64,000 nt of DNA from Chrysomallon squamiferum (taxonomy: Eukaryota; Animalia; Mollusca), in assembly GCA_012295275.1 (NCBI GenBank), contig CM022678.1:4340001-4404000 (forward strand). The letters run 5' to 3'. A program made the translations under genes and the position numbers. The notes beneath the pieces are model-generated. The model saw nothing but the letters and a program-made list of their open reading frames with translations, was not told the origin of the DNA and ran no database searches. Shown piece after piece: positions 59,845 to 64,000 of the stretch (position 1 is the stretch's first letter; each line of letters starts with the position of its first letter).

Positions 59845-61053
59845 TCCCTTAACATAAAGAATTACATTTCTTTCTTTCTTTCTTTATTAATTTATTTGTT
59901 TATATATATATTTTTTTTTTATTATTAGTTTTATTTTTTTTTTTCCGATGTCGGTACCATACCTTTAAACCATTTTCGAGAAATCAGTTTTATTTAAACC
60001 AGCTTTTGTTATCTTTTCGCTACATTTACAAGATTACGATGGAATCGTTTTTGTCAAATCTGCTTCCCAGTTTGTTAAAGCCATAAATCCGTTTACTTTC
60101 AGTCGTATTTCGCTAATTCGTTTTATCTTTCACACGTGCGCGTTCAAACAGAATTAGTAAAAGCGGTTACGTTAAATCTTTAAAAATTGTCTGGATGTGT
60201 GGGGCATTAAATCCAAGGACTTTCTGTAAATGGAAATAATCATTATGGCGCACATTTGTATTTTACAGGATCAGGAGATCACGCGCATTACAATATTTGT
60301 TCATTTTGGTCATATGTGTGCGTGGGTTTGTCGATAATTTATATGAATTTATTGATAGACGCACACATACCTACACACTGACATACGGGTTGCAAAGATT
60401 TAACATTTTGTTTATGATGATGATGATAATGATGATGATAGCAATGAAAATAATAGATACAACAGCAACAACAACAATAATAATAATAATAATAAAATAC
60501 AAAATCAACAACAACAACAACAAAAACAACAACAATAATAATAATAATAATATAACAACTTATTTTGTTTCATAGTTAATCGAAAACATTAAATAATACT
60601 GTAACTGTTTAAACGATAAAATAAAATAAAAATCCATAAACTGCTATTTTTTAACCTTTCCTTTTTTTATTTTATTTTATTTTTTTTTTTTGAAAAGAAA
60701 AATAATTGGCGTTAAATTTATTGAATTACTGTGCTTGACGAATCTTTCCGAAAACAAACGACAGATTCCGAATAACTGTTATGACGTCATAAAACAAAAA
60801 CGTCATTAATGAGAAAAGAACAGATGAGAGGATTTCACAAGGAAATAAATAAATGGAATGTCTGGAAAGTAAGAAGAATGAAGAAAATGGATAAACACCC
60901 TGGTAAATACTGGTTTCTTTTTATAATAATATTTATTTATGTTTTTCAGTGTTTGCATTTGAATACCCGGGCTTCAACAAAGCCGCATGGATGGATTGTT
61001 TAATGGTGCTAGTATGAAACAATAGGGCGAATAAGAAATTTTTTACATGTGTG

Positions 61054-61084
<31 letters not shown>

Positions 61085-61659
61085 GGCAGTGGGTGGTGTG
61101 TGTGTGTGCATATCTATATTTATAAATGAATATTTTGTTGACTGATGACTAGATTCTCAACATAAATAATAATTATACGGAAAGGCATTGTTGCAGGAGG
61201 ACAAAATCCCATCAGGGTTTCACATTTATTTATTTATTTATTTATTCATTTATTTATTTATTTATTTACTTATTTATTATTATTTATTTTTATTATTGTT
61301 AACATCATCGTCATCATCATTATCATCATCATCATTGTTATTATAATTTTAGATGCATCCCACTACAATCATAAAAGCATAAACCATATTATGAAACAAA
61401 AATCGATCAACATATGCAAACTAATGATTGAAAAGGGAATTACGTTAATATGCAGAGAAAGAAAGAAAGAAAGAAAAAAAAAGTAACGATCTATTTTAAT
61501 TTGCTCGTGTTTTTGTAAAGGTAAATTGATTTTTCTGTTTTGTGACAAAAACAAGAACACGTGTAAATATTTAATATAAAACTCGAAAAGAAAGAAAGGA
61601 AATCTTTAAAAAATCGTTGTCATGTTTTGATCGCACTTCGTTATCTTCGTGATCAATCG

Positions 61660-61690
<31 letters not shown>

Positions 61691-61775
61691 GCACACACGC
61701 AAATACACACAGATATTTATATTAATAGAGAGAGAGAGGCTGACAGATAGACAGACCGACAGAGGAACCGATAGT

Positions 61776-61829
<54 letters not shown>

Positions 61830-61863
61830 TATATGTAGATACAGATATATAAGGAAACACACA

Positions 61864-61914
<51 letters not shown>

Positions 61915-62945
61915 ATTTATTGTCATCATTATCATCATCTTCATCAATTTTTTTTTTTTTTTTTTTTTTTTTCTTTTTTAATCATAAATCAAGCACGTCT
62001 TTATCAAATAACAGCTAATATTAAATGTATTTTGGGTTTTTCTTATTATTAATTTATCCATTAATTTTTTGAGAACTGGCAGCCATGTTGTTTCAGCTAG
62101 GAGATGAAAATAAAGTAGACTTAATGATAATGGATCGTCAAACGGCTTAGTGAGCTTTTTTTGCATTTGTCATTCCAACCATGTCCTCTCTCTAGTTTTT
62201 TTTTGGGGGACGGGGGGTATTTTTTTTTTTCTTCTTTATTGTTTTTTATAGATAAAACATGAGGTGTACTTTTATATTTGTCCACAAATGAGTTTAAATG
62301 TGTAAATGATAGTTTGATAACTGGAAATAAATATTTGAAAATAAAACGTCTCTTGTTTCTAACAAAATACTGTTGGGTTCAAATTTTAATTTCCAGTAAT
62401 AGATCATGGTAATTTTGTTATTCTTTTTTCTTTTTTTTTTAATTTTTCTCGAAATGCTAGATGTTGCAAATCTTTTGAAATTCAGTAGTCGAAGAGAATT
62501 TTCGTTGTGTCGTTCGAAAGAAGAAAGAAAGAAAAACTAGAAAAAAAGCTGCTTTTTTTTTTTTTACTTTTAGTAGTCTATGATCGAGAAATTAATCAAT
62601 GTATTCCAGTAATATCCTCACACAAAGCAAACAAATACATTTTTTTAAAACAGACCCGACAATAGATATAAATCATTTGAGAGCTAATTTTTGGATGTCA
62701 TGTAAAAAAAAAGACCACAAATTGATATTTATCGATTTAGAATCACGAAAATTAAATTTCGAGTGGAAACGGAATCGAAATTAGATCTGGTTTTCTTTAT
62801 CACCAAACCAAACATGTCTTACCCGTTGAAGATGGCAATCGGTGATCATACACAGAACGTAGCTGTTATTTTTAAGCACATTGATGATGATGATGATGAT
62901 GATGATGATGACACCACCACCACAAACAACAACAACAACAACAAC

Positions 62946-62976
<31 letters not shown>

Positions 62977-63763
62977 TCAATAGTAATAAATTTGCATCGG
63001 AGCATCTTCAAGTTTCACTATGAAACGATAATGATGTTAGGTTCATGGTGGTTGTTTTCGTTAATGACGAAAGCTCGTTTTAACGATTTCTCTGTAGTTT
63101 TAATGTATTTTGTAATCAAACTGTCAGCGATGCATCAAATTCTTTGGTTTTATTTGTTTTGTTTGTTGTTGTTTGTTGTTTGGTTCTTTTTGTGGGGTTT
63201 TTTGGAATTTTTTAATGGGTTTTTAACCTTTGATCAGTTTGACAAAATTTCATTTTTCTTTCTTCTTTTTGTTATTTCGAGTCTTTTGTTGTTTGGTTTT
63301 TTTTTTTTTTTTTTTTTTTTTTGTTCCATTTTGTTCCATATATATCTCCTTTCTGAACAAAAATTACTCAAACCAACAATTAATCGTATTTCGTACATTA
63401 ACGGATTTGGAAAACTAAATACGACATTTTAAAGGCTTTGCTGTTTTGAATCGTTTATTTTAATCATTTAAGTAATAAATCTATAATTGCTGCTGCTGTT
63501 TTTGTTCACGTATGCCATTTATTATTATTATTATTATTATCATCATCATCATTATTATTATTTTGTTATTATTAATATTATTATTATTGTTGTTGTTATT
63601 GTCGTTGTTGTTGTTGATGTTGCTTTTGTTACTGTTGTTGTTAGCTGCTGTTGTGCATGTTGCTGTTGTTATTATTAGTATTGTTCTTATTATTAGTAGT
63701 AGTAGTAGTAGTAGTTGCAGTCGTAGCAATGGTAGTAGTAGTAACAGCAGTTGTAGTAGTAAC

Positions 63764-63812
<49 letters not shown>

Positions 63813-64000
63813 ATAATAATAAACGCCCGCTTAAAATAGACTACAAAGATTTTTCACTTTAACGAAGGCTTTCTCTATATTCGCTATAACAATACTTTTG
63901 TCTTAATGAAATTCTCTTCTTCTTCTTGTTTCTTTATAATTATCTGTTAAATGTTTCCTAGTTTCATCTTCAACTTTAAACAATATTTTTATAGATACCC

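Noticed and set aside
60950-61017. Possible + strand exon (VFAFEYPGFNKAAWMDCLMVLV*)
   Set aside because: Plausible acceptor, but a weak donor or immediate stop and no recognisable product.

Overview
AT-rich eukaryotic (metazoan) DNA dominated by simple repeats: (AG)n, (AAT)n, (TAG)n, (AC)n, (TATG)n and poly-T. The repeat spectrum is reminiscent of octopod or other invertebrate genomes (inference only). Almost every ORF in the supplied track is a microsatellite translation. One real gene can be read at the window start on the + strand: seven small exons joined by phase-1 GT-AG introns (<1-19, 662-679, 910-1002, 1432-1509, 2042-2119, 2770-2862, 3185-3189 plus 3' UTR). They splice in frame to a 5'-partial 127-aa secreted-type precursor: ...TTICVVAHA TLLNV KR QESDCTSDDDCAPHECCRNGLCHHDHCH PACSSDADCDQHQCCRNGFCHHDHCH PACSSDADCDQHQCCRNGFCHHDHCH V KR QKIHCTSDDDCPQHECCRNGLCHHDHCH*. 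It carries four exon-encoded, acidic, His-rich six-cysteine (C-C-CC-C-C) modules and two KR-Q processing sites. The remaining ~60 kb has no coding region I can support. It contains a tRNA-derived SINE family (3 copies), two local inverted duplications, several minisatellites (17, 23, 34 and ~35 bp, plus a higher-order unit), a GC-rich 12-mer dispersed six times, and other candidate regulatory motifs.
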